NCBI GenBank assembly: GCA_905181735.1 | Contig: CAJIYR010000006.1 | Location: forward strand, 64,803 to 128,802 | Origin: an uncultured Hyphomicrobiales bacterium | Lineage (GTDB): Bacteria; Pseudomonadota; Alphaproteobacteria; Rhizobiales; TMED25 | Length of the DNA stretch: 64,000 nt | Reading direction: 5' to 3' | Shown: in pieces, positions 9,647 through 19,487 of the stretch | How positions within the stretch are numbered: the stretch's first letter is position 1 | Layout of the letters: each line of letters starts with the position of its first letter | Notes under the pieces: model-generated | Database searches by the model: none | Seen by the model: only the letters and a program-made list of their open reading frames with translations | What the model was told of the DNA's origin: nothing | Position numbers and translations under genes: made by a program

Positions 9647-11455
9647 ATGAATGAACAACGTAATTTTATCTTAGCTATAGGCCTTTCAATTGCAGTGCTA
9701 GTTGTATGGCAATTCTTTATTGGAAACCCTCAATTAGAACAGAAAGATCTTGAAGCCAGATTAGTTACTGAGGAGTCTAGTAAATTATTAGTTGAAAATT
9801 CAAGTATCTCTATCCCATTCCCAGAGAATGTAGGAAATTCAATAAACGTACCTCCTGCTAACGTAGTTTTAGATAATACAATAGATATTTCCGCAGTTCA
9901 GAATATTCCAAGGGTTGAAATTAATACAGATAGTTTGACAGGATCTATATCACTATTGGGCGGGAAAATTGATGACTTAAATTTAAAAAATTATAGAGTA
10001 GACCTAGACCCAGGAAGTGAACTTGTAAAAATTTTATCGCCACTTGGAACGTCTAGCCCTTATTATGTTCACCATGGTTGGGTTGAGGCCTCTGGCAAAG
10101 ACATAACACTCCCTTCAGAGAATACGCTATGGAGCTTAGAAGAAGGAAGCGTCCTTACGTCAACTAATCCAATAGTAATGTCTTGGGATAATGGTAATGG
10201 TTTAACTTTTAAAAGAAAGATAATGGTTGATGAAGATTTTGCATTTACCATTGATCAACAAGTTTACAATAATACTGATTCTACTGTAGATTTGTTTCCT
10301 TATGCCCTTATTTCTAGGCATGGTATACCAGAAGATCTTTTAAATTTCTTTATTCTGCATGAAGGGTTTATTGGCGTGTTAGGTGAAGAGGGAGAGAAAA
10401 AAGCAGATTATGATGATATAGCAGATGAAACTGAGGTTTATAACGATATAATGGGCGGTTGGTTAGGTTTTACAGATAAAAATTGGGCAACAGTTATTGC
10501 CCCAGATCCTAATATGCAATATCAAGGAAGATATACATCAAGTAATAATGGGAATATTTTTCAAACAGATTTTCTTGGTTCAAAAATTTCGATAAATAAA
10601 GGCGAAACTGCCACTTCAACTTCTTATGTTTTTTCGGGTGCCAAAAGAGTTAACATCCTTGATAAATATGAGGATACTTACAGTTTGTTAAATCTTGATT
10701 TATTAGTAGACTGGGGATGGTTTTATTTTATAACTAAGCCATTGTTTTATTTATTAAGTTGGTTAAATAGCATTTTTGGTAATTATGGAGTGGCTATATT
10801 ATTTGCCACTGTCATTATAAAGTTATTTTTCTTTCCTCTTGCAAATAAAGCTTACAAATCAATGAGCGCGATGAAGAAACTTCAACCTGAAATGGCGGCA
10901 ATAAGAGAAAAATTTAAAGGCGATAGACCCAAGCAACAGCAGGCTCTTATGCAAATGTATAGAGATGAAAAAATAAATCCGATGTCAGGTTGTTTGCCTA
11001 TAATTATCCAGATACCTGTTTTCTTTGCTTTGTATAAGGTTTTATTTTGTACAATTGAGATGAGACACGAACCTTTTTTTGGTTGGATAGTTGATCTATC
11101 CGTACAAGATCCGACTTCAATATTTAATCTTTTTGGATTAATCCCATGGTCGCCTCCTTCATTTTTAGTAATTGGAGTTTGGCCAATTATAATGGGATTT
11201 ACAATGTTTGTTCAGATGAAATTAAATCCATCCCCACCAGATCCAATACAGCAAAAAATCTTTACCTGGATGCCAGTTGCATTTACATTCTTATTGGCAC
11301 AATTTTCAGCTGGTCTTGTTGTTTATTGGGCATGGAACAATACTTTGTCTAGTTTGCAGCAATATGTAATTATGAAAAGAATGGGAGTGAAAGTAGAGCT
11401 TTGGTCGAATATTCAGAACATATACAAGAAGAGTCAAAAAAAGAAGACCCAGTAA
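9647..11455 (+). CDS. yidC: Membrane protein insertase YidC
   Basis: 602 aa with an N-terminal TM segment, a large periplasmic domain and a C-terminal 60-kDa insertase core (MKKLQPEM..., YRDEKINPMSGCLP). Confidence 0.9.
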   Translation: MNEQRNFILAIGLSIAVLVVWQFFIGNPQLEQKDLEARLVTEESSKLLVENSSISIPFPENVGNSINVPPANVVLDNTIDISAVQNIPRVEINTDSLTGSISLLGGKIDDLNLKNYRVDLDPGSELVKILSPLGTSSPYYVHHGWVEASGKDITLPSENTLWSLEEGSVLTSTNPIVMSWDNGNGLTFKRKIMVDEDFAFTIDQQVYNNTDSTVDLFPYALISRHGIPEDLLNFFILHEGFIGVLGEEGEKKADYDDIADETEVYNDIMGGWLGFTDKNWATVIAPDPNMQYQGRYTSSNNGNIFQTDFLGSKISINKGETATSTSYVFSGAKRVNILDKYEDTYSLLNLDLLVDWGWFYFITKPLFYLLSWLNSIFGNYGVAILFATVIIKLFFFPLANKAYKSMSAMKKLQPEMAAIREKFKGDRPKQQQALMQMYRDEKINPMSGCLPIIIQIPVFFALYKVLFCTIEMRHEPFFGWIVDLSVQDPTSIFNLFGLIPWSPPSFLVIGVWPIIMGFTMFVQMKLNPSPPDPIQQKIFTWMPVAFTFLLAQFSAGLVVYWAWNNTLSSLQQYVIMKRMGVKVELWSNIQNIYKKSQKKKTQ

Positions 11456-12090
11456 TTTCAAAGAGTGACTTTTCTCTTAATGAATTGCGTGCTGGTGAGA
11501 AATTGTTTGCAAGATCATCAGAATTTATTTTGTCTGTTGTTGAGAATAATGGATTTCCAGATATATCACTGCCTGAAATTGCATTTGCAGGACGATCAAA
11601 TGTTGGAAAATCAAGCTTAATTAATTCTTTAGTTGGTATGAAGAAATTAGCCCGTGTTTCAAATACACCGGGACGTACGCAGACTATAAATTTTTTTAAT
11701 CAGAATGATGCCCTGGTTCTCGTAGATTTACCTGGTTTTGGTTATGCAAAGGCAAGTAAAGAAGATATAACTAGATGGAAAACTCTTACCTTTGATTACT
11801 TAAGAGGAAGAGTTAAATTAGAGTGTGTGTTTTTATTAATTGATTCTAGACACGGTATAAAACCAATTGATATTGAAGTAATGAATATATTAGACGAAGC
11901 AGCTGTTTCGTATCAAATTGTTCTTACTAAATTAGACAAAGTAAAAAAAGAAAGTCTTAATTCTTTGTGTAATAATACGAATTCTATAATATCAAAACAT
12001 GGTGCGGCTAGACCATTTTTTCACTTAACATCGTCAAAAGATAATATAGGATTAGATTTACTTAGATCAACTATTTTTAAGTTAATATAG
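11401..12090 (+). CDS. engB: Ribosome-biogenesis GTPase EngB/YihA
   Basis: G1 motif AFAGRSNVGKSSLIN, G3 motif DLPGFGYA and G4 motif TKLDK. The start is uncertain. The TTG at 11401 overlaps yidC by 55 nt, and an in-frame TTG at 11485 gives a more typical N-terminal length. Confidence 0.85.
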   Translation: MVEYSEHIQEESKKEDPVISKSDFSLNELRAGEKLFARSSEFILSVVENNGFPDISLPEIAFAGRSNVGKSSLINSLVGMKKLARVSNTPGRTQTINFFNQNDALVLVDLPGFGYAKASKEDITRWKTLTFDYLRGRVKLECVFLLIDSRHGIKPIDIEVMNILDEAAVSYQIVLTKLDKVKKESLNSLCNNTNSIISKHGAARPFFHLTSSKDNIGLDLLRSTIFKLI

Positions 12091-12118
12091 ATTATATTTT
12101 GCAGAGGTAATTTATAAA

Positions 12119-13003
12119 ATGAATAATATAACATCGCTTACAAGAGCACAAATTATAGCAGAAGCACTTCCGTTTATGCAAAATTATAGCGGAGAATATA
12201 TAGTAGTGAAATATGGCGGTCATGCTATGGGTGATAGTATATTATCTACTTCTTTTGCGCAAAATATTGTCATGTTAAAGCAAGCAGGAATGAAGCCTAT
12301 AGTTGTTCATGGCGGAGGTCCTCAGATAGGTGAAATGTTGAATAGTTTGGGGATAGAAAGTCAGTTCGTCAATGGACTAAGGGTTACAGATAGAAAAACT
12401 ATAGAGGTTGTAGAAGAGGTTCTAGCTGGAACTATAAATAAGAAAATAGTGAGTGATATTAATAGCTCTGGTGGCAAATCCATTGGTATTTCTGGAAAAG
12501 ATGGACCATTAATTCTTGCTCGGAAGCTGAATAAGAAAACATATAAGACAGATTCGAATGTAGAGAAGGTTATTGATCTTGGGTATGTTGGTGAACCGGA
12601 ATTGATCAATCCAGAGAAACTAGTAAGGCTTTGTGATTCTGGTTTTATTCCCATTATTGCTCCAATTGGTATCGACAAGAATAATGTTACTTATAATATA
12701 AATGCAGATACAGCTGCTGGAGCAATAGCAGGATCCTTAGGAGCTAAAAGACTTCTTATGTTAACGGACATAAGGGGAGTTCTAGATCAGGAAGGTAATT
12801 TGATAAAGGACCTTTCAAAGAACACGGCCAATGATTTAATTAATAATGGTACGATTAAAGGAGGTATGATTCCAAAGATTGAAACATGCTTGGATGCTAT
12901 TAGTTCTGGTGTAGAAAAAGCGGTTATTCTTGATGGAAGAGTTTTGAACGCAATAATCTTAGAGTTATTCACAGAGGATGGAAGTGGTACATTATTATCT
13001 TAA
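12119..13003 (+). CDS. argB: Acetylglutamate kinase
   Basis: Amino-acid kinase family with VVKYGGHAM, VVHGGGPQI and NINADTAAG motifs. Confidence 0.9.
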   Translation: MNNITSLTRAQIIAEALPFMQNYSGEYIVVKYGGHAMGDSILSTSFAQNIVMLKQAGMKPIVVHGGGPQIGEMLNSLGIESQFVNGLRVTDRKTIEVVEEVLAGTINKKIVSDINSSGGKSIGISGKDGPLILARKLNKKTYKTDSNVEKVIDLGYVGEPELINPEKLVRLCDSGFIPIIAPIGIDKNNVTYNINADTAAGAIAGSLGAKRLLMLTDIRGVLDQEGNLIKDLSKNTANDLINNGTIKGGMIPKIETCLDAISSGVEKAVILDGRVLNAIILELFTEDGSGTLLS

Positions 13004-13068
13004 TTCTTTTTTTTAAAATTGAGATAATAATTAGATAATTAAAAACATAAATTTATAAGGTTTTAAAA

Positions 13069-13890
13069 ATGAATTCTGAACTAATGAGTATAATAAACAG
13101 TGCGTTTGAAAAGACAAATATTGAGCCTAACGAGATTAAAGCGGTTGATGAAACTCTTAATTTATTAGATTGCGGTGAAATTAGAGTTTGCGAAAAGATA
13201 AATGGTGAGTGGTCAGTAAACCAATGGATAAAAAAAGCAATATTATTAAGTTTCAGGACTAATAAAAATTCTACGTTGGCTGGGCCTTATGCAACTTGGT
13301 TTGATAAGGTTCCAGGGAAAACAGTTGGATGGACAGAAGAGAAATACAAAGAAGCAGGCTTTAGATATGTACCAAATGGTGTTGTTAGGAAATCGGCATA
13401 TATAGGCAAAAATGTAGTTTTAATGCCTAGCTTTGTAAATATCGGAGCATATGTTGATGAAGGTACAATGATTGACACTTGGGCAACTGTTGGCTCTTGC
13501 GCTCAAATAGGTAAAAACTGTCATATCTCTGGTGGCGCAGGAATTGGTGGTGTTCTTGAACCCCTTCAAGCAAACCCTGTTATAATAGAGGATAATTGTT
13601 TCATTGGAGCAAGGTCAGAAGTTGCGGAGGGTGTAATAATTGGAGAAGGTAGCGTTTTATCAATGGGGGTATACATTGGCTCTTCTACAAAAATAGTAGA
13701 TAGACAATCTGGAAAGGTGATTTATGGTAAGGTCCCTCCTTACTCTGTGGTTGTCCCAGGAAATTTAGAAACAAGTTCTGTTGGTGAAATCCAGAATAAT
13801 AAGTTATCTTTATATTGCGCTGTAATTGTTAAAACAGTTGATCAGAAGACTAGAGAAAAAACATCGACTAACGATTTATTGAGATTATAA
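13069..13890 (+). CDS. dapD: 2,3,4,5-tetrahydropyridine-2,6-dicarboxylate N-succinyltransferase
   Basis: 273 aa with hexapeptide-repeat region and a DapD-type N-terminal domain. dapE lies adjacent. Confidence 0.9.
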   Translation: MNSELMSIINSAFEKTNIEPNEIKAVDETLNLLDCGEIRVCEKINGEWSVNQWIKKAILLSFRTNKNSTLAGPYATWFDKVPGKTVGWTEEKYKEAGFRYVPNGVVRKSAYIGKNVVLMPSFVNIGAYVDEGTMIDTWATVGSCAQIGKNCHISGGAGIGGVLEPLQANPVIIEDNCFIGARSEVAEGVIIGEGSVLSMGVYIGSSTKIVDRQSGKVIYGKVPPYSVVVPGNLETSSVGEIQNNKLSLYCAVIVKTVDQKTREKTSTNDLLRL

Positions 13891-13921
13891 TTATTTCTAA
13901 TAATAAAAAACATGAAATGAA

Positions 13922-15091
13922 GTGTATAAATTGAGTTTAGAAAACACATTAAAATCTTTTATTCAATGCGAAAGCATCACACCAAATGCTAAACAGGCAC
14001 TTGATTTCATTGAAAAAATTTTAAGTGAAAGTGATTTTTATATAAAAAGATTAACTTTTAACTCTGAAGACACCTACCCAGTTGACAATCTTTATGCTTC
14101 CTTTGGTAAAGGTTCGCCTCACTTATGTTTTGCTGGTCATGTTGATGTTGTACCATATGGCGACATAAGCCAATGGTCATGTGTACCGTTTGAAGGTGAA
14201 ACAAAGAATGGTAGAATTTATGGTCGTGGAGCTGAAGATATGAAGGGTTCGATTATAGCTTGGATTTTTGCTATGCTTGAACATATTAAAGATAAAAAAA
14301 ATTTTAAGGGCACTATTAGTATACTCCTTACTGGAGATGAGGAGGGGTTGGCAATTAATGGAACCACTAAAGTTTTAGAATGGTTGAAAAATAATAATAT
14401 AAATATTGATTCTTGTATTGTTGGAGAGCCAACAAATATTAAGGCAGTAGGGGATACAATAAAAGTTGGTCGTAGGGGGAGCTTGTCATGCGAACTTAAA
14501 GTGAATGGCGAACAAGGTCATGTTGCTTATCCAGATAAAGCGAGCAGTCCAATTCCTGTTTTAATAAAATTATTGGATAAATTAATAAATACTCCTATAG
14601 ATAGTGGTAATGATAATTTTATTGCAAGCAATTTAGAGGTTACATCAATAGATATTGGCAATGAAGCTATGAATATAATTCCTTCCGAAGCTCAAGCCGT
14701 ATTTAACATCAGATATAATAATTTATGGGATGAAACATCACTTTTTTCTTGGTTATACGACAAACTGAATGATGTGAGTTTAGATTCCTTTAAAGATATA
14801 AATTGGAATTTAACAATAAAATCTTCTGCAAACTCGTTTTTAACCAAAGAGGGTAAGTTTTCATCTTTAATATTGGACTCAATATTTAAAATTACTGGTT
14901 TGAAAGCGAATATATCAACTGGTGGAGGTACTTCAGACGCCAGATTTATATCACAATACTGTCCGGTTGTAGAATTTGGTCTTGTTGGAAGGACTATGCA
15001 TCAGGTGGATGAGAATATTTCTCTTGATGAATTAAAGCAACTAAAGTCTATTTATCAACATAGCATTGTTAATTATTTTGAAAATTTTTAG
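13922..15091 (+). CDS. dapE: Succinyl-diaminopimelate desuccinylase (M20)
   Basis: Motifs FAGHVDVVP, YGRGAEDMKG and GDEEG, with a DapE-like length. GTG start. Confidence 0.85.
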   Translation: MYKLSLENTLKSFIQCESITPNAKQALDFIEKILSESDFYIKRLTFNSEDTYPVDNLYASFGKGSPHLCFAGHVDVVPYGDISQWSCVPFEGETKNGRIYGRGAEDMKGSIIAWIFAMLEHIKDKKNFKGTISILLTGDEEGLAINGTTKVLEWLKNNNINIDSCIVGEPTNIKAVGDTIKVGRRGSLSCELKVNGEQGHVAYPDKASSPIPVLIKLLDKLINTPIDSGNDNFIASNLEVTSIDIGNEAMNIIPSEAQAVFNIRYNNLWDETSLFSWLYDKLNDVSLDSFKDINWNLTIKSSANSFLTKEGKFSSLILDSIFKITGLKANISTGGGTSDARFISQYCPVVEFGLVGRTMHQVDENISLDELKQLKSIYQHSIVNYFENF

Positions 15092-15113
15092 CTTTAAATT
15101 TTTGCTATTCAGA

Positions 15114-15854
15114 TTATTTTAGATAATCTATTTTATCAAGATAAAGTCCATGAGCCGAAGCGACTGGTCCGCATTGTGACCTATCTTGTGATTTAAGAAT
15201 TTTACTAACCCTATCTATAGGCCAATCATTTTCTCCAATTTTTAATAAAGTACCAACCATGGAACGAACCTGTCGATGAAGAAAAGATTTTGCGTTAAAG
15301 TAAATATTAATTTCATCTTCCATTACTTCTATAGAGGAACTGTCCAGAGTTTTTATTGGAGATTTTGATTGGCAATGCGCTGATCGGAAAGCGGTGAAGT
15401 CATGTTTGCCAATAAATAATTTTGCAGCCATTTGCATATTCTCGGTATTTAATTTTCTTGGTACGTGTAATGCTCGATTTTTTTTAAGAGAAAGATGGCC
15501 ATTCCTATTAATTATTTTATAAACATAATATCTTTTGATTGCTGAAAATCTAGCATCGAAATCACACTCAGTTTTTTCGACTTTAATGATTGTTATCGGA
15601 TTTGGACGCAGGTGATAGTTTATTGCGTTTAATATCGTATTCTCATCCCATTTATCATCTAAATCTATATGTGCAACTTGTGCATTTGCATGAACACCAG
15701 AATCTGTTCTTCCCGCTCCATTAACGCTAACATAAGTGTTTGTAAATTTTTGTATTGCATCTGATATACACCCCTGTACTGTAGCTAAATTATCCTGTAT
15801 TTGCCAACCGTGGAATGGCGTTCCATCATACTCTATTGTTAATTTGTATCTCAT
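15114..15854 (-). CDS. truA: tRNA pseudouridine(38-40) synthase
   Basis: Starts MRYKLTIEYDGTPFHGWQ and contains GAGRTDSGVHA (catalytic Asp). Confidence 0.9.
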   Translation of the reverse strand: MRYKLTIEYDGTPFHGWQIQDNLATVQGCISDAIQKFTNTYVSVNGAGRTDSGVHANAQVAHIDLDDKWDENTILNAINYHLRPNPITIIKVEKTECDFDARFSAIKRYYVYKIINRNGHLSLKKNRALHVPRKLNTENMQMAAKLFIGKHDFTAFRSAHCQSKSPIKTLDSSSIEVMEDEINIYFNAKSFLHRQVRSMVGTLLKIGENDWPIDRVSKILKSQDRSQCGPVASAHGLYLDKIDYLK

Positions 15855-16792
15855 AAAAATTCACTAATATTCATACCCTTTGAAATATTCATACCTCTTA
15901 GAAAGGATATGTTATCCATTGGATTTTTTCCAGGCCTCTGAAGTCTTGTTAGTTTAACGGCACCTTTTTTGCAGGCGATTGTTAACTCATTGTCTAAGAG
16001 TTCGCCAGGCCTACCATTTTTATTTACAACTTCAGACGAGAGAACTTTTATTCTAATAGTTTCTTTCTCAGTTTTATATTCAAACCATGCTGATGGGTTT
16101 GGGCTCAGACCTCTTATGTGATTATGAACCTCACTGGCATTTTTATTAAATAAAATTTGTGTTTCACTCTTTTCAATTTTTTTTGCATAACTAATATCTA
16201 TTTTATTCTGAGGTTTAAAATCAGCAGTTCCAGTAGAAATTAAATTAAGAGCTTTAACAATTAAATTTGCACCAACATCTGATAAATCACTACTTAATTC
16301 ACCATATGTAATATTTTCAGGAATATTAATTATTTCAGATAAACATATATCACCAGTATCCAAACCTGCGTCAACTCTAATGATATTTACTGCAGTTGAT
16401 TTGTCTCCGTTTATTAATGTTCTTTGTATAGGAGATGCGCCTCTCCATCTTGGCAATATTGAGGGATGTATGTTTAAAAAACCATATTTTGTTGCATTTA
16501 ATATTTCGTTTGGGATTAATTGTCCAAAAGAGACAACAATTCCAATGTCTGCATTTAAACTTTTTAAATAATTGATTTCATCTTCGCTTGTAATTTTTTC
16601 AGGGGATCTGACAATTAAATTTTTTTCTCCCGCAGCATTTTGTATCGGGGAAGGATTCTTTTTCAAGCCACGGCCTGACAATCGTGGCGGTTGAGTATAA
16701 ACAACTGATATATTGTGCCCAGCATCATGTATTTTGCAAAGAGCTGGTACTGCAAAATCAGATGTTCCCATAAATATAATCTTGAATTTCAT
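15851..16792 (-). CDS. fmt: Methionyl-tRNA formyltransferase
   Basis: Formyltransferase N- and C-terminal domains (NIHPSILPRWRGASPIQ). Lies in the def-fmt-truA operon with 4-nt overlaps. Confidence 0.9.
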   Translation of the reverse strand: MKFKIIFMGTSDFAVPALCKIHDAGHNISVVYTQPPRLSGRGLKKNPSPIQNAAGEKNLIVRSPEKITSEDEINYLKSLNADIGIVVSFGQLIPNEILNATKYGFLNIHPSILPRWRGASPIQRTLINGDKSTAVNIIRVDAGLDTGDICLSEIINIPENITYGELSSDLSDVGANLIVKALNLISTGTADFKPQNKIDISYAKKIEKSETQILFNKNASEVHNHIRGLSPNPSAWFEYKTEKETIRIKVLSSEVVNKNGRPGELLDNELTIACKKGAVKLTRLQRPGKNPMDNISFLRGMNISKGMNISEFL

Positions 16793-17307
16793 TTAGTTAG
16801 TTTCTGTTTAGATAATTTAATAAATTTACGAGTAATTTTTTCACGTTTCAGTCTTGATATATGGTCTATAAAGAGTTTGCCGTTTAGATGATCTATTTCA
16901 TGCTGAATGCATGTTGCCATTAGACCTTCGCATTCCAGAATTTGTTTTTTACCGTTTAAATCCATATATTGAACCACACAAGTTGAAAATCTTTCAACAT
17001 CTTCTGAAAAATCGGGAATTGATAAACAACCTTCTTCATAGATACTTTTCTCATTAGATTTTGATATAATTTCTGGATTTATGAATTTTATCAGTACTTT
17101 TTTATCTTCTTCTTTAGAACAATCCATGACTACAAGTCTTTTCTTTATTCCAACTTGAACTGCGGCAAGACCTATTCCTGGCGCATCGTACATTGTTTCT
17201 GCCATATTATTTAATATTTCTATTATTTCCTCACTAATGTTTTTTACCGGTTCGGATTTTTCGCGTAATATTTTATTAGGCAGAGTTAAAATGTTATAGA
17301 TTGTCAT
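16789..17307 (-). CDS. def: Peptide deformylase
   Basis: Motifs GIGLAAVQVG, EGCLS and HEIDHLNG. Confidence 0.92.
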   Translation of the reverse strand: MTIYNILTLPNKILREKSEPVKNISEEIIEILNNMAETMYDAPGIGLAAVQVGIKKRLVVMDCSKEEDKKVLIKFINPEIISKSNEKSIYEEGCLSIPDFSEDVERFSTCVVQYMDLNGKKQILECEGLMATCIQHEIDHLNGKLFIDHISRLKREKITRKFIKLSKQKLTK

Positions 17308-17409
17308 AATTTTTATTCAATTTATTAATTTAAGTTTGTATTTAATTATATTAGAATGAAATATCTATGTATAGTGGTAATAAATAAAATATAACAGGTA
17401 TGGGAATCG

Positions 17410-18507
17410 ATGCTAAATGATCAATTGGTAGTAATAAATTTGTTGATTATACTTGTTATAATTATCGTTATTGCAGGAGTATTTTATTTAAATATTTTAA
17501 AAAAAAATAAAGATAATGACATTAAGGGTCAAATATCATTGATAACGGATCTTCATAATGAACTGACTGGCAGATTAATGGCACTTGCCGACACTTCCTC
17601 TGGTAATCACGAAAACTTAAAAAACTCATTTGATCAAAGAATAGATCAAATGATGACAAAGCTCTCACAGAACTTATCTGAAAACTCAAATAAGACAGGA
17701 GAAAATCTAACTAAATTAAACGAAAGACTTGCTGTTATTGATAATGCACAAAAAAATATAACAGAATTATCATCCAAAGTAGTTAGCTTACAAGATATCT
17801 TAAGCAATAAACAAGAGCGCGGAGCGTATGGTCAGGGTAGAATGGAAGCTATTATAGTGGATAGTTTGCCATTTAAATCTTATTCATTTCAGTTTACATT
17901 AACTAATGGAAAGAGACCTGATTGTATTATCAGAATGCCAGATTCAAATGAGGTTCTTGTAATTGATTCTAAATTTCCACTCGAATCCTTTACCGCACTA
18001 AAATCTGCAAATAATAGTTTAGATATAAAAACTGCAGAATCAAGAATCCGAATTGACATTAGTAAACATCTAACGGATATTTCTGAGAAATATACTATAC
18101 CAGGAGAAGTTAGGGATCCTTTAATGATGTTTGTTCCTTCTGAATCCATATATGCAGACTTATACGAACAATTTAGCGATCTTATTCAGAAAGCTTATAA
18201 ATTAAAAATCATTATAGTATCCCCAAATATGATGATGCTTACTGTTCAAACTATGCAATCTCTAATAAGGGACAACCAAATGCAAGACCAAGCGAATGTC
18301 ATAAGGTCCGAAGTAAGTAAAATGATTTCAGATGTCGAAAGATTATCAAATAGGGTTTCTGGTCTACAAAAGCATTTTAATCTAGCAAACCAAGATTTAG
18401 AAAAAATTGTTATATCTTCAGATAAGATAACAAGCAGCGGCCGTAAGTTGGAATCTTTGGAATTTGACGAAGAGAAAAAAACTAAGAGTATAGAATCAGC
18501 GCTATAA
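17410..18507 (+). CDS. rmuC: DNA recombination protein RmuC
   Basis: N-terminal TM segment, coiled-coil region and a RmuC nuclease-like core (RPDCIIRMP...VIDSKFPL). Confidence 0.85.
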   Translation: MLNDQLVVINLLIILVIIIVIAGVFYLNILKKNKDNDIKGQISLITDLHNELTGRLMALADTSSGNHENLKNSFDQRIDQMMTKLSQNLSENSNKTGENLTKLNERLAVIDNAQKNITELSSKVVSLQDILSNKQERGAYGQGRMEAIIVDSLPFKSYSFQFTLTNGKRPDCIIRMPDSNEVLVIDSKFPLESFTALKSANNSLDIKTAESRIRIDISKHLTDISEKYTIPGEVRDPLMMFVPSESIYADLYEQFSDLIQKAYKLKIIIVSPNMMMLTVQTMQSLIRDNQMQDQANVIRSEVSKMISDVERLSNRVSGLQKHFNLANQDLEKIVISSDKITSSGRKLESLEFDEEKKTKSIESAL

Positions 18508-18510
18508 TTA

Positions 18511-19116
18511 TTAATCCGTTATACTTCTTGCTGCGATTGCTTGGCTTAATGTGCCATCATCTAAATAATCTAATTCCCCTCCAACAGGAACGCCATGTGC
18601 AACTTTAGTAATTTTAATATTCCTATTACTTATAAGTTCAGAGACAACGTGTATAGTAGCCTGTCCATCAATAGTTGCATTTAGGGCTAATATGACTTCT
18701 TTAATATCGGTATTATTAACCCTACTAATCAATTTTTTAATGTTTAATTCTTCAGGTCCAATACCATCTAGCGCATTTAATACACCGCCTAAAACATGGT
18801 AATGACAATTTATTGCATTAGCTCTTTCAAGTGCCCATAAATCTGAAACTTCTTCAACAACACAAATGATTGTAGAATCGCGTTTTAGATCTTGGCATAT
18901 ACTACAAGGATTAATGACATCTACATTATCACAAATGTCACAAGTTTCTATTTTTTCTGATATTTCTATAAAAGATTTTTTAAGAGGATCAAGTAATTGG
19001 TTTCGTTTTTTTATTATCGTTAAAGCAGCTCTTCTTGCAGATCGCGGACCTAATCCTGGGAGTTTCGATAGAAGTTTAATAAAAGTTTCTATTTCAGGTC
19101 CTACTGATGATTTCAT
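18511..19116 (-). CDS. recR: Recombination protein RecR
   Basis: HhH motif (LPGLGPRSARR), C4 zinc finger (CDICDN...CSIC) and a Toprim domain. Confidence 0.92.
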   Translation of the reverse strand: MKSSVGPEIETFIKLLSKLPGLGPRSARRAALTIIKKRNQLLDPLKKSFIEISEKIETCDICDNVDVINPCSICQDLKRDSTIICVVEEVSDLWALERANAINCHYHVLGGVLNALDGIGPEELNIKKLISRVNNTDIKEVILALNATIDGQATIHVVSELISNRNIKITKVAHGVPVGGELDYLDDGTLSQAIAARSITD

Positions 19117-19120
19117 TGTA

Positions 19121-19453
19121 CTATAGCCCTAGGTTGCCTAAGTTGAAACCAGGAGGAATAGGAAGGTCTCCAGCTACTTCTTTCATTCTTTTTGCAACCT
19201 CAATATTAGCTTTAGATTTTGCGTCACTATAAGCTGCAATGATTAGATCTTCTACAATCTCTTTTTCGCTTGCAATTAGTATTGAGGGATCAAGGTCTAT
19301 ATTTTTTATGTCTCCGCCACCATTTATTTTAACAGTTACTAATCCGCCCCCCGAAGTTCCTTCAATCTCTATTAGAGATATATTTTCTTGCATTGATTTC
19401 ATTTTTTCTTGTAGTTTTTCAGCCTGTTTCATTATTCCAAATATATTAGACAT
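19121..19453 (-). CDS. ybaB: Nucleoid-associated protein YbaB/EbfC
   Basis: 110 aa. Sits in dnaX-ybaB-recR synteny and shows the YbaB pattern (GGGLVTVKINGGGDI). Confidence 0.85.
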   Translation of the reverse strand: MSNIFGIMKQAEKLQEKMKSMQENISLIEIEGTSGGGLVTVKINGGGDIKNIDLDPSILIASEKEIVEDLIIAAYSDAKSKANIEVAKRMKEVAGDLPIPPGFNLGNLGL

Positions 19454-19487
19454 ATAATATTTCCTTGATTAGTATTATTTTCTTATA

